Below, in pieces: positions 16,151-17,258 of a stretch of 17,258 nucleotides of DNA. The notes beneath the pieces are model-generated. The model was given only the letters and a program-made list of their open reading frames with translations, was not told the origin of the DNA and made no database searches. Source of the stretch: an uncultured Deferribacteres bacterium (GTDB taxonomy: Bacteria > Zhuqueibacterota > Zhuqueibacteria > Zhuqueibacterales > Geothermadaptataceae); the NCBI GenBank assembly GCA_964014485.1, contig CAXHAT010000168.1, positions 1 to 17,258 on the forward strand, read 5' to 3'. Position 1 is the stretch's first letter; the number at the start of each line of letters is the position of its first letter. Position numbers and translations under genes: made by a program.

Positions 16151-17014
16151 ATGAAATTCAAATACATCATTCTCGCGACCACTCTCATTTTTCCCGTCAA
16201 CGATCTATTGGCGCAAAAAGCAAAGAAAAAAACGAACGCCCCCATCGGCGAAGTCTTGGCCAAACGCGATTCCATGTCGCAGGAATATTATCGTCGACAG
16301 CAAGAATTCCTGGCGTTCACCTTGGAAGTCATCATGGAAGACAGCCTCGCCATGCTGAACTTTGACCTTGAGTCTGAGAACGACGCATTCCAAATGAACA
16401 TGGCGGACAGTTTGCAGGCCTTGTCGCAAGCGCTGCATGATTATGTCGGCGACGAATTGCGCAAACGCGACTTAGGCGCAGAAATTCCGGTCGTGGATTT
16501 TGGCAAAATCATTCAGTCTGTCACCAAGCTTTTTAAGAGCAAACGAAAAGTCCCGCAGATTAAAAACATGCCGTTGCCGACGCCGCTGGAACTAGAAATT
16601 ATGACCGTACTTTGGGAAGAAAAAAGGGCGACCGGGCCTGACCTTTACGCAAGTATCGACACCACAATGCTCAAGCATGTTACCGCTGAAATGTTCTGGC
16701 GCGAATTGCGCAGCATGGCTAAGAAGGGTTTTGTCAGCGAAAAGATGGTCTCGCCGCAACATATTTTTACAGTGCTCGGATTCCCAATCGAAGTCTCCGG
16801 CAAAAACCGCAGAAACCGCGTTTACCAATACCAGACGCTGGTCGACGAAGAAGATTTAATGGCTTACATCGGCGCCCGCCACTATCTCGCCCGCCGCGAA
16901 GAGACCACCCCGGCACAAGCTGGAACGCGCTCAAAATATACCGAAAATCTGCTCATGCAAATGCTGGAAAACCGGCACCAAAAATCAGAAAACGATGTTT
17001 TGCGAAACGAATAA
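16151..17014 (+). CDS. Hypothetical signal-peptide protein with C-terminal BlaI/MecI/CopY-like winged-helix region
   Basis: MKFKYIILATTLIFPVNDLLA|Q is signal-like. PTPLELEIMTVLWEEKRAT...LRSMAKKGFVS...RVYQYQTLVDEED follows the BlaI pattern. Confidence 0.7.
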   Translation: MKFKYIILATTLIFPVNDLLAQKAKKKTNAPIGEVLAKRDSMSQEYYRRQQEFLAFTLEVIMEDSLAMLNFDLESENDAFQMNMADSLQALSQALHDYVGDELRKRDLGAEIPVVDFGKIIQSVTKLFKSKRKVPQIKNMPLPTPLELEIMTVLWEEKRATGPDLYASIDTTMLKHVTAEMFWRELRSMAKKGFVSEKMVSPQHIFTVLGFPIEVSGKNRRNRVYQYQTLVDEEDLMAYIGARHYLARREETTPAQAGTRSKYTENLLMQMLENRHQKSENDVLRNE

Positions 17015-17063
17015 CAGCGGCCAATGTACAGGTTTGGCTTAGTGAGCAACGACTTAAGCGCCA

Positions 17064-17108
17064 AATTAAAAAGGCCCCGACAAGCTGCTTGTCGGGGCCT
17101 TTTTAATT
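17064..17108. terminator. Bidirectional rho-independent terminator (near-perfect 45-nt palindrome)
   Basis: AATTAAAAAGGCCCCGACAAGC-T-GCTTGTCGGGGCCTTTTTAATT. Confidence 0.85.
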
Positions 17109-17163
17109 GATGTTACGCACTCTTGAAAATTTTTCAAGCAATACCGAAAAACGTCTTTTTTAC

Positions 17164-17223
17164 GTCATTCTCGCGCAGGCGGAAATCCAGGGGCTGCGCA
17201 TGATTGACTGGATTCCCGCCTGC
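17164..17223. repeat. Truncated GTCATTCCCGCGxAGGCGGGAATCCA-type (dRS3/RPE-like) palindromic repeat
   Basis: GTCATTCTCGCGCAGGCGGAAATCCAG...CTGGATTCCCGCCTGC. The right arm lacks the terminal GCGGGAATGAC. Confidence 0.65.
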
Positions 17224-17258
17224 CAGGCTGTTGCAGAATAGCGTTTTCGTGCTGGCGG

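Noticed and set aside
1..17258. CRISPR array, tRNA/rRNA (including tRNA-Sec), transposase or integrase
   Set aside because: I saw no regularly spaced direct repeats, cloverleaf-like sequences or recombinase motifs.

Overview
This is a bacterial window of mostly ordinary, envelope-biased genes. Three proteins with FlgD-Ig/T9SS type A-like C-terminal domains plus a PorV-like barrel suggest an FCB-superphylum lineage such as KSB1 or Calditrichota (inference). In order, it contains: a partial secreted CTD protein, an orphan DUF433 antitoxin-like gene, a gene the ORF track splits (1197-1883), a YHS/TRASH + TlpA-type thioredoxin, a YfiT-like bacillithiol transferase, a lipoprotein, rlmH, a Thr/Ser dehydratase, a Big_5/CTD protein, a Zn-ribbon protein, a degenerate Pgl-like protein, a PEGA lipoprotein, DUF547, YceI, an FN3-CTD + PorV-SH3 pair behind a sigma-54-like promoter, a PafA-like alkaline phosphatase, and a signal-peptide protein with a BlaI-like winged helix. 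The main finding is ORF 1197-1883. It reads from a signal peptide through two in-frame TGA codons spaced as U-V-G-U (UxxU), followed by a SECIS-like hairpin, into a putative outer-membrane beta-barrel. It is a candidate exported di-selenocysteine protein next to a periplasmic metal-binding thioredoxin.
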